DNA of 64,000 nucleotides from Berkelbacteria bacterium GW2011_GWE1_39_12 (GTDB lineage: Bacteria; Patescibacteriota; UBA1384; UBA12157), in contig CP011213.1 in NCBI GenBank assembly GCA_001029735.1, positions 784,298 to 848,297 of the forward strand, written 5' to 3'. The notes under the pieces are model-generated. The model saw only the letters and a program-made list of their open reading frames with translations. It made no database searches and had not been told where the DNA came from. Both the position numbers and the translations under genes were made by a program. Positions 45,850-54,176 of the stretch are shown piece by piece; the first letter of the stretch is position 1; each line of letters opens with the position of its first letter.

Positions 45850-46194
45850 TTACGGTGGCGGTGGCCATCTGCTTACTGGAGAACCGATTGACGAGTCATC
45901 ATCTGATGGTATGCCCGGCCTGTAAGGAGGAGGATCGGCTGACGGGCCAGGTTGTCTGACATTATCGCCTTGAGATCCAAGCGCAAATGAAGTCTTCTTT
46001 TGTGCGAGTTTCTCGCGAACATCTTTTGGCTTGTCGTAATCTTTGAATATGCCAACGACATACAGAACTATGCCAACTACGAATAGGCCAAGGATGCTGT
46101 AGCAAGGGATCATATTGTCTAGTTTGGAGCAGACAAAAATTCCAACGAGCAATAAGCCAAAAATACCAATCCAAGTCCAGTTGTATCTGTCCAT
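45850..46194 (-). CDS. small membrane protein with a Pro-rich C-terminus (GC-rich)
   Basis: Three hydrophobic helices followed by a PGPSADPPPYRPGIP...WPPPP tail. Confidence 0.4.
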   Translation of the reverse strand: MDRYNWTWIGIFGLLLVGIFVCSKLDNMIPCYSILGLFVVGIVLYVVGIFKDYDKPKDVREKLAQKKTSFALGSQGDNVRQPGPSADPPPYRPGIPSDDDSSIGSPVSRWPPPP

Positions 46195-46317
46195 CTTCGC
46201 CTCCAGAACAATCGTTTGCTCATTCGGCTGTATCGTAGTTCAAAATTGTTTTGGAGTCAAATTTGCCAAACCCAAAATAAAAATGGGACGAGTTGGATCT
46301 CATCCCATGAACAAAAT

Positions 46318-46758
46318 TTAGTCATCATCATTGCTGTCAGAAGAACTCACCGTGTATCCTTCGGAATTCACATAATCAACGGGGGTCGAATAGCCTTCTG
46401 AGTTTTTAGGTCCACCCCATTGAGGATAACCTTCTGAGTTGTAGCCACCATGGGGAGTTAGATGGCCCTCATTGTTGTATTTTGCCTCTATTCTAGTTCT
46501 GCCACCACCGTTACCTCCATCATTGTAACCTGAACTTACACTTCTATTTTGGACTCGACCGCCGCTACGACCGCCATTGTTGCGACTTCTTTTGTCGACC
46601 CCGTTGCTTCCTGAAGGATTTTTTAGGGCACCTACTACGGCTAATAATCCAACTAACAGCCCGATGATCCAGCCGATTACTGCTCCTAAATCTCCTCTAA
46701 TTTGATAACCTATAGCAGTGCCTATAAACATGGTTACTAAAAGTAAACCTGCGACCAT
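46318..46758 (-). CDS. membrane protein with a Gly/Asn-rich tail containing three NSEGY repeats (GC-rich)
   Basis: Start at MVAGLL follows GGAGGTGA. Two TM helices are followed by low-complexity GGNGGG and a YNSEGY/KNSEGY/VNSEGY triplicate. Confidence 0.4.
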   Translation of the reverse strand: MVAGLLLVTMFIGTAIGYQIRGDLGAVIGWIIGLLVGLLAVVGALKNPSGSNGVDKRSRNNGGRSGGRVQNRSVSSGYNDGGNGGGRTRIEAKYNNEGHLTPHGGYNSEGYPQWGGPKNSEGYSTPVDYVNSEGYTVSSSDSNDDD

Positions 46759-46970
46759 TTCTTTCACCTCCATGGGCAGTAGTATTTATTGCGCTGATTG
46801 TAGCTTGAAAAACATAAAAAGTCAATGTGTTGTCATTGCGAACGGTAGTGCGGCAATCTATCTTTCGACTTTCTACTTTAGTGGGCTTTACAGACTTTCA
46901 ACTATCCTAATCTCATCCGTTGCGCTTTCTACTGTTTCAGAGTAATATTTTAGTTAGAAAGGCGATATAA

Positions 46971-47450
46971 ATGCCAGAAAAATATAGTCTAGAAATAGCC
47001 AAAGCTATCGACTCCGCCCTGGGTGAGAAAGAATTTAATAAACGAAAAGAAATGCAGGCCGATATATCGCTCGCGTACTTAGAAGGTCATATTAATCGTG
47101 ATGAATCCGACGCTCTATATGAGAGCGAGGGGAAAATTGAATGGGGAGTGGCTGAATTTAAAACGCCGGAGGAGTTCTTGGAAGCATTGGATTCGATTGG
47201 GCTCCCAGAAGAACAGGTGATGTTGTATTATCGTCATGAGCTTTCACATTATCAAACCGATATAAAAAATGGCCACGAGTCTTCGTTTTTATTGTTATTT
47301 AGCCGAATTGAAGACGGTTCTCTCTCAGTTACACCGGCGGTTAAGACCATGTATACAGAAACGCCAAAACATAAAGAAAATTTGAGAGAATCGATTACTG
47401 CCCCTCAAGATATGAGTGAATTTGATAAACGAAGCGTCGGAATGACTTAA
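46971..47450 (+). CDS. hypothetical protein with a HELSH(x8)GHE metal-binding-like motif (possible YgjP/SprT-like zinc hydrolase remnant)
   Basis: YYRHELSHYQTDIKNGHESSF resembles the HEXXH...NHS motif of DUF45/YgjP-type metallohydrolases. Only 159 aa. Confidence 0.35.
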   Translation: MPEKYSLEIAKAIDSALGEKEFNKRKEMQADISLAYLEGHINRDESDALYESEGKIEWGVAEFKTPEEFLEALDSIGLPEEQVMLYYRHELSHYQTDIKNGHESSFLLLFSRIEDGSLSVTPAVKTMYTETPKHKENLRESITAPQDMSEFDKRSVGMT

Positions 47451-47459
47451 AGGAGAACA

Positions 47460-48005
47460 ATGTCAGTTAAAATTATTTATTTTGTTCATGGCACAACTAC
47501 CGATAACGAGAAAAATATCTCTTCGGGATGGAAAGACACAGAACTGTCAGATCTCGGTATTCAGCAGTCGAAAGATTTAAGAGATCAAATTAATATTGAC
47601 GATTTTGATGTCGTTTTTTGTTCTGATCTAAAGAGATCAATCGATTCAGCAAAATTAACCTTTGAAGAAAAAGTGCCGATTAAGATTGATGCTCGTTTAC
47701 GTGAATGTGACTACGGCGATCTAAATGGCGAATCCTCGGATATTGTCGAACCAATGCAAGAAAAATCGATCTACGAAAAAATGCCGAATGGCGAAAGCTA
47801 TGAAGATGTTAAAACTCGCATCAACGAATTTTTAAATGATCTTAAAAAAGACTATGATGGCAAGAATATTGCAATTGTCGCTCACAAGGCGCCTCAGCTT
47901 GCCATCGAAGTTTTGTTAAACAGCAAAACTTGGGAACAGGCTTTTGCTGAAGACTGGCGCAAAACCAAATCTTGGCAGCCAGGCTGGGAATACGAAGTCG
48001 GATAA
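47460..48005 (+). CDS. histidine phosphatase superfamily protein (PGAM-like), Arg of RHG motif apparently absent
   Basis: IIYFVHGTTTDN...LSDLGIQQS...VVFCSDLKRSIDSA matches the branch-1 histidine phosphatase layout. The canonical RHG reads VHG. Confidence 0.6.
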   Translation: MSVKIIYFVHGTTTDNEKNISSGWKDTELSDLGIQQSKDLRDQINIDDFDVVFCSDLKRSIDSAKLTFEEKVPIKIDARLRECDYGDLNGESSDIVEPMQEKSIYEKMPNGESYEDVKTRINEFLNDLKKDYDGKNIAIVAHKAPQLAIEVLLNSKTWEQAFAEDWRKTKSWQPGWEYEVG

Positions 48006-48084
48006 TATCTGTCGCTATTTTGAAGTATCTCCGCAACCTTGCCCAGTCTGGATAATTAGAATGGAATTAAGTTAATCTCATCTG

Positions 48085-48454
48085 TTGAATCATATCTGGC
48101 AAAAGAGTAAACTTGAGTCAGAAAAGGAATTTTTACTATGGCAAAAGAAGGATTCTGATATTGCTGATCTTATGATCCCGTTTTCTAGTTGTTCCTATGT
48201 TCATAAGGATTTCTTTGGTAGTGCCTCGATCAAAAACGTGTTGCCAGTACTAATTCCCGAATTGTCATACAAAGATCTCGTATATCCATGCCGGCGGAGC
48301 CGCACAAAGGTTATGGATGGAAGCGGTCTTAGACGGAAAAAGACCAGACGAAAAAGATAAAATCCTTGAAGATTTAAAAAAATATTGTGAACTAGATACC
48401 TATGCCATGGTTCGCATCTTTCAACATTTAACAGAATCAATTAATGAAAATTAA
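48085..48454 (+). pseudogene. frameshifted or disrupted gene remnant (two consecutive reading frames; C-terminal part ...YCELDTYAMVRIFQHL resembles DUF2779-type C-termini)
   Basis: Protein-like translation in frame 1 (48085-~48285) continues in frame 2 (48254-48454) after a +1 shift. Neither half has its own start or RBS. Confidence 0.4.
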
Positions 48455-48716
48455 ATTCCCTAAACTTGAAATGAGCGGTGTCACTTCGTTTCTATTAATG
48501 TGGCTGTTTGGGAACTTTTTATTCTACGCCTTGATTATGTTATGTAGAGAAAAATTCGGCTATCATATTGATTCACACCAAGCTGTATTTATTTCATTTC
48601 CCGCTAGTCTTATTTGGGCCATAGTAGGAGCCGTATTAACTAATAAAGACGAAAAAATTGCTGCGGGACGCAAAGATATAAGCAATGCAGTGGCCAAGTT
48701 ATTTAATAAGGACTAA
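48444..48716 (+). CDS. small membrane protein (90 aa, 2 TM)
   Basis: ORF with two hydrophobic helices. It overlaps the end of the pseudogene. Confidence 0.35.
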   Translation: MKIKFPKLEMSGVTSFLLMWLFGNFLFYALIMLCREKFGYHIDSHQAVFISFPASLIWAIVGAVLTNKDEKIAAGRKDISNAVAKLFNKD

Positions 48717-48757
48717 AAAAGGCAGAGATTATTCTCTTGCCTTGATGGGATCTGTAG

Positions 48758-49054
48758 CTATTTGTTTTCTTGCTGGCGGCGTTTGCCAAGCTCAATGAGC
48801 TCTTTTACTCTCTGGCCGCCCTTGTGGCCGATCTCCTCGTAGAACTCGTGGCCGTACTTTTCGCTTGTCGTCTTGCCGCCCTTGGCGCCGATCTCTTCGT
48901 AGAAGGGCGAGCCATAGCGTTCTGCGGTAGTCCTACCACCTTTTCTGCCGATTTGTTGATAAAACTCGTAACCATATCTTTCGCAAGTAGCTTCGCCGCC
49001 TCTTCTGCCGGCCTCATGGACCGTCATCCCGCCCTTTTTCTCTTCTCTTGCCAT
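48758..49054 (-). CDS. KGG-repeat general stress protein (GsiB/Con-10-like), GC-rich
   Basis: Three tandem ~23-aa repeats GxKGGxTTxERYGxEFYxxIG containing KGG motifs. Confidence 0.7.
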   Translation of the reverse strand: MAREEKKGGMTVHEAGRRGGEATCERYGYEFYQQIGRKGGRTTAERYGSPFYEEIGAKGGKTTSEKYGHEFYEEIGHKGGQRVKELIELGKRRQQENK

Positions 49055-49158
49055 TTCAGATGGTACCTCCTCGCGTTGATTTCATATGCACAGTTTACTT
49101 TAAGAATCGATAAATGTCAATACTGTAAAATAAATACGCTTAATGTCATAATAGAGAA

Positions 49159-50520
49159 ATGAACCAAACACAAGCACTCAAAATTTTAAAATCAGGCGCC
49201 AATGTTTTCCTGACCGGAGAACCTGGTAGTGGTAAAACATATTTAATCAATCAATATGTGGAGTATTTGAATTCTCATGGAATCAAGACAGCTATCACCG
49301 CTTCAACTGGAATTGCCGCCACGCACATCGGTGGAATGACGATTCATTCTTGGAGCGGCATCGGCATAAAAAGCAGATTGAATATTGGCGAACTGCATAA
49401 AATTGCAAGTAATAGCTATGTTTCAAAAAGAATTAAACCAGCAAAGGTATTAATTATCGACGAGATATCGATGTTGCCGCCAGAGACTTTGCAAACAATT
49501 GACCAAATTTGTCGAGAGGTAAAGAAAAACTCAATGCCTTTTGGTGGCATACAAGTTGTTTTAGTTGGCGACTTTTTTCAATTGCCGCCAGTTACTAAAA
49601 GAGTAGTTTTGGATGATTTTTCGCAAGAAAGTTTATTTGAAGAAGTTCCTCTAGGACGCTTTGCGTACGATTCACCATTGTGGCGTCAGGCGGATTTTGT
49701 GACTTGTTATATCACTGAACAACATCGCCAAGATGATGACAAGTTTGTCAGATTACTTTCGAAGATCCGTAGTAATAGTTTTGACGAAACATCGCTTAAT
49801 TGTATTAAGGAAAGACAAGTTGACGGAGTCAGTATTCCTAGTTCCGTACCTAAACTTTTTTCACATAATGTTGACGTTGATACAGTTAACGACCGTATGT
49901 TAAGTAAAATTCCGGGAGAAGCGCAATATTTCCCCATGTTAACCAAAGGTCATGAGGCATTAATTGGGGTGATGAAAAAAGGCTGTTTATCGCCTGAGAA
50001 TTTATTTTTGAAAGTCGGTGCGTCCGTCATGTTTACAAAAAATAGTCCTAAAGACGGTTACGTAAATGGAACGTTAGGCGTGATAGAAAGTTTTGATAAA
50101 GAAACAGAAATGCCGGTTGTTGAAATACGAAACGGACGCAAGATAAAGGTTTCTTATGCGGAATGGATTTTAGAAGAAGATGGCAAAGTAAAAGGCAGAC
50201 TTTCACAAATTCCATTACGATTGGCTTGGGCAATCACGGTTCATAAAAGTCAGGGGATTAGTTTGGACGAAGCGGTTATCGATTTGTCTAGGGTCTTTGA
50301 ATTTGGTCAGGGTTATGTGGCCATTTCAAGAGTAAAAAGACTTTCAGGAGTTTACATCCTTGGCTGGAATGATAAGGCTTTTCAGGTTGATCCCGAAATC
50401 TTAGAAAAAGATAAAGAATTTAGTACTCACTCAGCTGACGCAGAAAAACTCTTCGCTAATTTTTCGGAAGAAGAATTTCAAAAAATGCACGGAGATTTTA
50501 TCACTCTTTCAACCCTTTAA
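49159..50520 (+). CDS. Pif1-family (RecD-like SF1B) DNA helicase
   Basis: Walker A TGEPGSGKTY, ASTGIAA, GGMTIHS, DEISML and Pif1-family motifs VLVGDFFQLPPV and TVHKSQG. Confidence 0.8.
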   Translation: MNQTQALKILKSGANVFLTGEPGSGKTYLINQYVEYLNSHGIKTAITASTGIAATHIGGMTIHSWSGIGIKSRLNIGELHKIASNSYVSKRIKPAKVLIIDEISMLPPETLQTIDQICREVKKNSMPFGGIQVVLVGDFFQLPPVTKRVVLDDFSQESLFEEVPLGRFAYDSPLWRQADFVTCYITEQHRQDDDKFVRLLSKIRSNSFDETSLNCIKERQVDGVSIPSSVPKLFSHNVDVDTVNDRMLSKIPGEAQYFPMLTKGHEALIGVMKKGCLSPENLFLKVGASVMFTKNSPKDGYVNGTLGVIESFDKETEMPVVEIRNGRKIKVSYAEWILEEDGKVKGRLSQIPLRLAWAITVHKSQGISLDEAVIDLSRVFEFGQGYVAISRVKRLSGVYILGWNDKAFQVDPEILEKDKEFSTHSADAEKLFANFSEEEFQKMHGDFITLSTL

Positions 50521-50571
50521 CTTTGCGTTTATTTATGATACGATGTGCTTTGTTAACGCTGACAACAGGGG

Positions 50572-51150
50572 GTGAACGAAATGAGAGATTTCTGGGTTTT
50601 TGTCGCATTAATGGTTGGATTCTGGTTTAACCTTAATTTGGCACTCGATTACACTCGATCCGGAATTGAAATAAAGCAAGAAATCTCGAAGCGTATTGCA
50701 GAAAAAAGTGAGCTTGAGAGACAGAACCTCTATTTTGTCTTCACTGAATTCCTTCAGGATCCATTGGATGCAATTAAGGGTAGTTACATCATCGCTAACA
50801 AGGTATGGATCATTTTGCTTGTCCTTTTCTATCCTTTTGTCATGAGTTTCTCAAGCTACATCGGAAGCCATTTCCCATTTTCCAACACCATTACCGGCGC
50901 CTTTCTGTTTGGCATGATACTGGTGATTCCATTGTTCCTTGTGGACTTAGGCTTATATCTACTTGCTGCGGCTTTTGGGCTTAATCATAACCTGACAGCA
51001 TACCAGACAATGATTTCAGAGCGCAGAAGACGTCTCGAGACTCAAACTTGTTACATGGAGGATCTGGATTTTTTCATCAGGCTGGATCATCAGCTTGATG
51101 CAATAATAAGTGAGCTTCGAACTAAAACTGTCAAAGAGGAAGTTGTCTAA
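50572..51150 (+). CDS. hypothetical polytopic membrane protein
   Basis: Four hydrophobic helices with a C-terminal charged helix. Confidence 0.4.
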   Translation: MNEMRDFWVFVALMVGFWFNLNLALDYTRSGIEIKQEISKRIAEKSELERQNLYFVFTEFLQDPLDAIKGSYIIANKVWIILLVLFYPFVMSFSSYIGSHFPFSNTITGAFLFGMILVIPLFLVDLGLYLLAAAFGLNHNLTAYQTMISERRRRLETQTCYMEDLDFFIRLDHQLDAIISELRTKTVKEEVV

Positions 51151-51193
51151 TTTCCTCTTTTTTAGTACCTAAATATTTGAAATTATTGAGATA

Positions 51194-51478
51194 ATGAAAA
51201 CAAAAAATTGGTCACAAGATGTAACGAAACATAGTGCGGCTCTGGATTTAGAGCCCGGCGTTTTTACATTGCAACATCCAAGAGAAATCGCCCTATCATT
51301 GCAAAGATCGGCAGAAAAAAGCACTCGACGAAAGGCCGAGCCATATCAATCCGCCATGTCGATGTTAAATTTCTATATTAATCGAGCAGGCAAAAACTTA
51401 GATTCAAATCAAAAAAGGATATTGGAGCGGGCGAAAACAGAACTCAAAAGGATTTACAAAAGGAAATCATTCGGTTGA
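51194..51478 (+). CDS. DUF3175 family protein
   Basis: WSQDVTKHSAALDLEPGVF...SAMSMLNFYINRAGKNL matches the conserved DUF3175 blocks. Confidence 0.65.
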   Translation: MKTKNWSQDVTKHSAALDLEPGVFTLQHPREIALSLQRSAEKSTRRKAEPYQSAMSMLNFYINRAGKNLDSNQKRILERAKTELKRIYKRKSFG

Positions 51479-51553
51479 CTTAACACACGATAAAAGATAT
51501 AATGTGCTCAGATATTACTACCCGCAAGGGTATTTGGGAAAGGGGATCGAACG

Positions 51554-52012
51554 TTGGCAAGCGTAGATGAAAGAATACGGGTAATTAGAGAAACGAATGA
51601 TCTAGAGATTGCGCTACGAGCGATCAGAGACTCAAATCACGAGATAAGACTAGCTGGATACATAACGCTGGTCGAAATGCGCGACAAGGATGCGGCGCCA
51701 GAGATTGAGAGCGCCTATCTGTCGGAGAAAGACGACAAGGTGCGCGGTGCGGCTTTGATCGCGCTTGGTCTTTGTTCGGACGGAGGACGAATGGATCTCT
51801 TTGTACCCGTTGCAACGGATCCAGAATCGACCGACAACATGATCGCGGCTTCTTATATCGCCATGTGCGAGAGCGGATTCGAGTATATGGTAGAATATGC
51901 CGCAGAATCAAACGAGAGTGAAAGACATCGCGAAATCGCCGCCAAGGTTTTGGAGGATATTCGCAGCGGGCGCCGTGAAAGAATCGAAAAGATCTACGGT
52001 ATCGCCCCTTAG
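51554..52012 (+). CDS. HEAT/PBS-lyase-like repeat protein (GC-rich, ~50%)
   Basis: TTG start. Repeated helical-hairpin units with conserved Ala/Leu/Arg spacing (AIRDSNHEIRLAGYITL, DKVRGAALIALG). Confidence 0.45.
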   Translation: MASVDERIRVIRETNDLEIALRAIRDSNHEIRLAGYITLVEMRDKDAAPEIESAYLSEKDDKVRGAALIALGLCSDGGRMDLFVPVATDPESTDNMIAASYIAMCESGFEYMVEYAAESNESERHREIAAKVLEDIRSGRRERIEKIYGIAP

Positions 52013-52119
52013 GGTAAGCAGCCGGACAAACGTCCGGCTTTTTTAAAAAAATTATGTAAATCAATACAGGCTTTTTTTACTTTGCTATGATAAAATATAT
52101 TTAATAAGAAAGGATAAAT

Positions 52120-52422
52120 ATGCCGGTAAGGAAAACGAAAAAAGCTTTGGAAAAGACAGTAAAAATAGAAAAACAAAAAGGAAGTTTTGCGTCTTCGCTT
52201 CAAAAAGCTGCCTTTACATTTGGTATTATTGGAGTATTTATTCCATTTTTTCCAATCGTGGCAATCGTGCTTGGCGCGGTCACTAAAAAAGAACTTCCAG
52301 ATAATTGGCGGGCAAAATGGGCCATCGGATTAGGTATTTTTGGAATTTTAACGTCTTTCTTGGTGATCTTTGCTTTTATCTCGTATCTTGCGCTTATTAT
52401 TGGTAATATAATTTTAGGTTAA
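52120..52422 (+). CDS. small membrane protein (2 TM)
   Basis: ATG follows AAGGATAAAT. Basic N-terminus and two hydrophobic helices. Confidence 0.45.
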   Translation: MPVRKTKKALEKTVKIEKQKGSFASSLQKAAFTFGIIGVFIPFFPIVAIVLGAVTKKELPDNWRAKWAIGLGIFGILTSFLVIFAFISYLALIIGNIILG

Positions 52423-52440
52423 CTAATTAAAGGAGGTTTC

Positions 52441-52614
52441 ATGTCAATCGTTTCAGAGTCAGAGTACAAGGGTAATCCTATGATCGTTATTAAAAACGAT
52501 GAGGAAGATAAATTTCCTTTTCAATTTGGCGTTAAAAAAGCTAAGCTAGTTTTAGAGAACATTGAAGAGATTAAGAAGTTTGTAGAAAAAAACGACAAAT
52601 TCAAAAATGAATAA
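52441..52614 (+). CDS. small hypothetical protein (57 aa), not in the ORF track because it is under 60 aa
   Basis: Strong RBS AAAGGAGGT 5 nt upstream of the ATG. It overlaps the next gene start by 8 nt. Translation is MSIVSESEYKGNPMIVIKNDEEDKFPFQFGVKKAKLVLENIEEIKKFVEKNDKFKNE. Confidence 0.45.
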   Translation: MSIVSESEYKGNPMIVIKNDEEDKFPFQFGVKKAKLVLENIEEIKKFVEKNDKFKNE

Positions 52615-53227
52615 AAAAATCGAAGTCGAGTTACGCGGGCCAATTACCAAAGAACAATTTGATCGTTTGGAAAGTCTTTTTGAAAAAGATGGCAAGTTCA
52701 TTGATCACAAGGACCGTGTTTTGATTTGCTATCCTGATCCTGATACAGGGAGCTTTGTCGAAGAATGTTTTACCGATATCCGTGTTCGTACGACTAATGG
52801 CACACCGGAAATGATAATCAAGTTAGGCAAATGGGGTGGCGACAACGAAAATCGTCGTGAATTATCACTTATGGGAAAACCTGGCGAGTTCGATAAAATG
52901 GTCGTCATGATGGCCGCCCTAGGACACAAAAAAGGTGTTTGGGCCGTACGCAAAGGGAAAGTTTTTGATTACAAAGAAGTGGAATTTTCACTTGTCGAAG
53001 TGCCGGATCATAGTTATTACTATGAAGCAGAAATAATGGTAGAAGAGGTATCTAAAGCAAAAGCAGCTCGAGTAAAAATGGAAAAACTTTGTAAAGAATT
53101 AAACCTAGAAGTTTTTGACGATGACGGTTTTTATGGTTATATCAATCGCTTAAATAAAGAATCAAATAAGGAATTTTTGTTCGAAAAGTACTCAGAGGGA
53201 TTCTTCAAAAAAGAATTTGGGATCTAG
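52607..53227 (+). CDS. CYTH-like (CyaB/thiamine-triphosphatase fold) domain protein
   Basis: N-terminal KIEVELRG resembles the EIERKF motif of CYTH, and a later acidic strand EVPDHSYYYEAEIMVE matches the fold pattern. Confidence 0.4.
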   Translation: MNKKIEVELRGPITKEQFDRLESLFEKDGKFIDHKDRVLICYPDPDTGSFVEECFTDIRVRTTNGTPEMIIKLGKWGGDNENRRELSLMGKPGEFDKMVVMMAALGHKKGVWAVRKGKVFDYKEVEFSLVEVPDHSYYYEAEIMVEEVSKAKAARVKMEKLCKELNLEVFDDDGFYGYINRLNKESNKEFLFEKYSEGFFKKEFGI

Positions 53228-53454
53228 CTTTTATATAATAGACGTGAATAGTGTTGACAATTATTGATGAGTCTGATATAATTTTTTTATCAAATGCTTA
53301 GGCACTAGAAATTCCGCCTTCTTGCAGAAGGCTGTTTCTTTTTTTGTTGCTAAGTAAGACCCTTGAAAATCTAGTTGATGTTTTTCCTCCAAAGGAGGAT
53401 GACATAGTGGTCGCCAAGGCCAGCGAAAAAAATACAGAAAAACAGGAGAAACCG

Positions 53455-54087
53455 TTGAAATTAAAAGTAATTCTCGTTCTTGCAATGATGCTCTGCGTGA
53501 GCATCGCCTTCGCTTCAGGCGGGTCAGTTACCGGTGACAGTATCGGCACGACAGTAACGTCGGTTGTCCCGACCTACATCGACTGCGTCGACGAGATGCA
53601 GGCGTTCGCGATGGGCACTCAGCACTTTACAAGCGCTTGGGGTCCCGAACGACTTGAAGGTCAGGCATCGTTTAGCGGAGCTTTGGCTTACGCGAACTGT
53701 CCAACAGTTGTCACAGTAACCGGAAACAATCCGGCCGGCGACAATATCCCGAGGCTTGCTCGTGCTGAAGTCGGTGTAAGAGCTGACGGCTTTGACCGAA
53801 TTCCCACAGTTTATGGGATTTCTGTCCTTGCCAATGGCGACAACTATCCGATTACAGACTGGCTCGACGGTTCTTCCCAGGTTCCATTTGTGGGAACAAT
53901 TGCGGAAACCCCGCACAACGGATACGTGGGCTATTCGGTTTTTATTGAAGCCAATGGAACGACAACGATCGACCCGGGGTGTTCAGTGAAAAACACCTAC
54001 ATCGATCCCAACAAGTCAAACGGCGACTCGGCTGACGCCGGCGTCTACGAGGCCAGCCTGGTCTTTACGTTGACACCCGCGCTCTAA
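53455..54087 (+). CDS. Sec-secreted beta-rich protein, putative cargo or fibre subunit of the secretin module (GC-rich ~52%)
   Basis: TTG start lies 5 nt after an AGGAGA RBS. Signal peptide MKLKVILVLAMMLCVSIAFA is followed by a Thr/Gly/Val-rich, strand-like sequence with no TM. Confidence 0.5.
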   Translation: MKLKVILVLAMMLCVSIAFASGGSVTGDSIGTTVTSVVPTYIDCVDEMQAFAMGTQHFTSAWGPERLEGQASFSGALAYANCPTVVTVTGNNPAGDNIPRLARAEVGVRADGFDRIPTVYGISVLANGDNYPITDWLDGSSQVPFVGTIAETPHNGYVGYSVFIEANGTTTIDPGCSVKNTYIDPNKSNGDSADAGVYEASLVFTLTPAL

Positions 54088-54176
54088 AGCTAGAGTGCAA
54101 AACAGGAACACAGTCTTGGCGACTGCGATCAGGGCACCCTTTCGGGGGTGCCCTAGATTTTTATTTGGAGGTAAAA

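Noticed and set aside
51624-52064. 146-aa minus-strand ORF overlapping the HEAT-repeat gene
   Set aside because: It lies fully antisense to a GC-rich plus-strand gene that has coherent repeat structure. Long antisense ORFs are expected by chance in GC-rich coding DNA, and it has no RBS.
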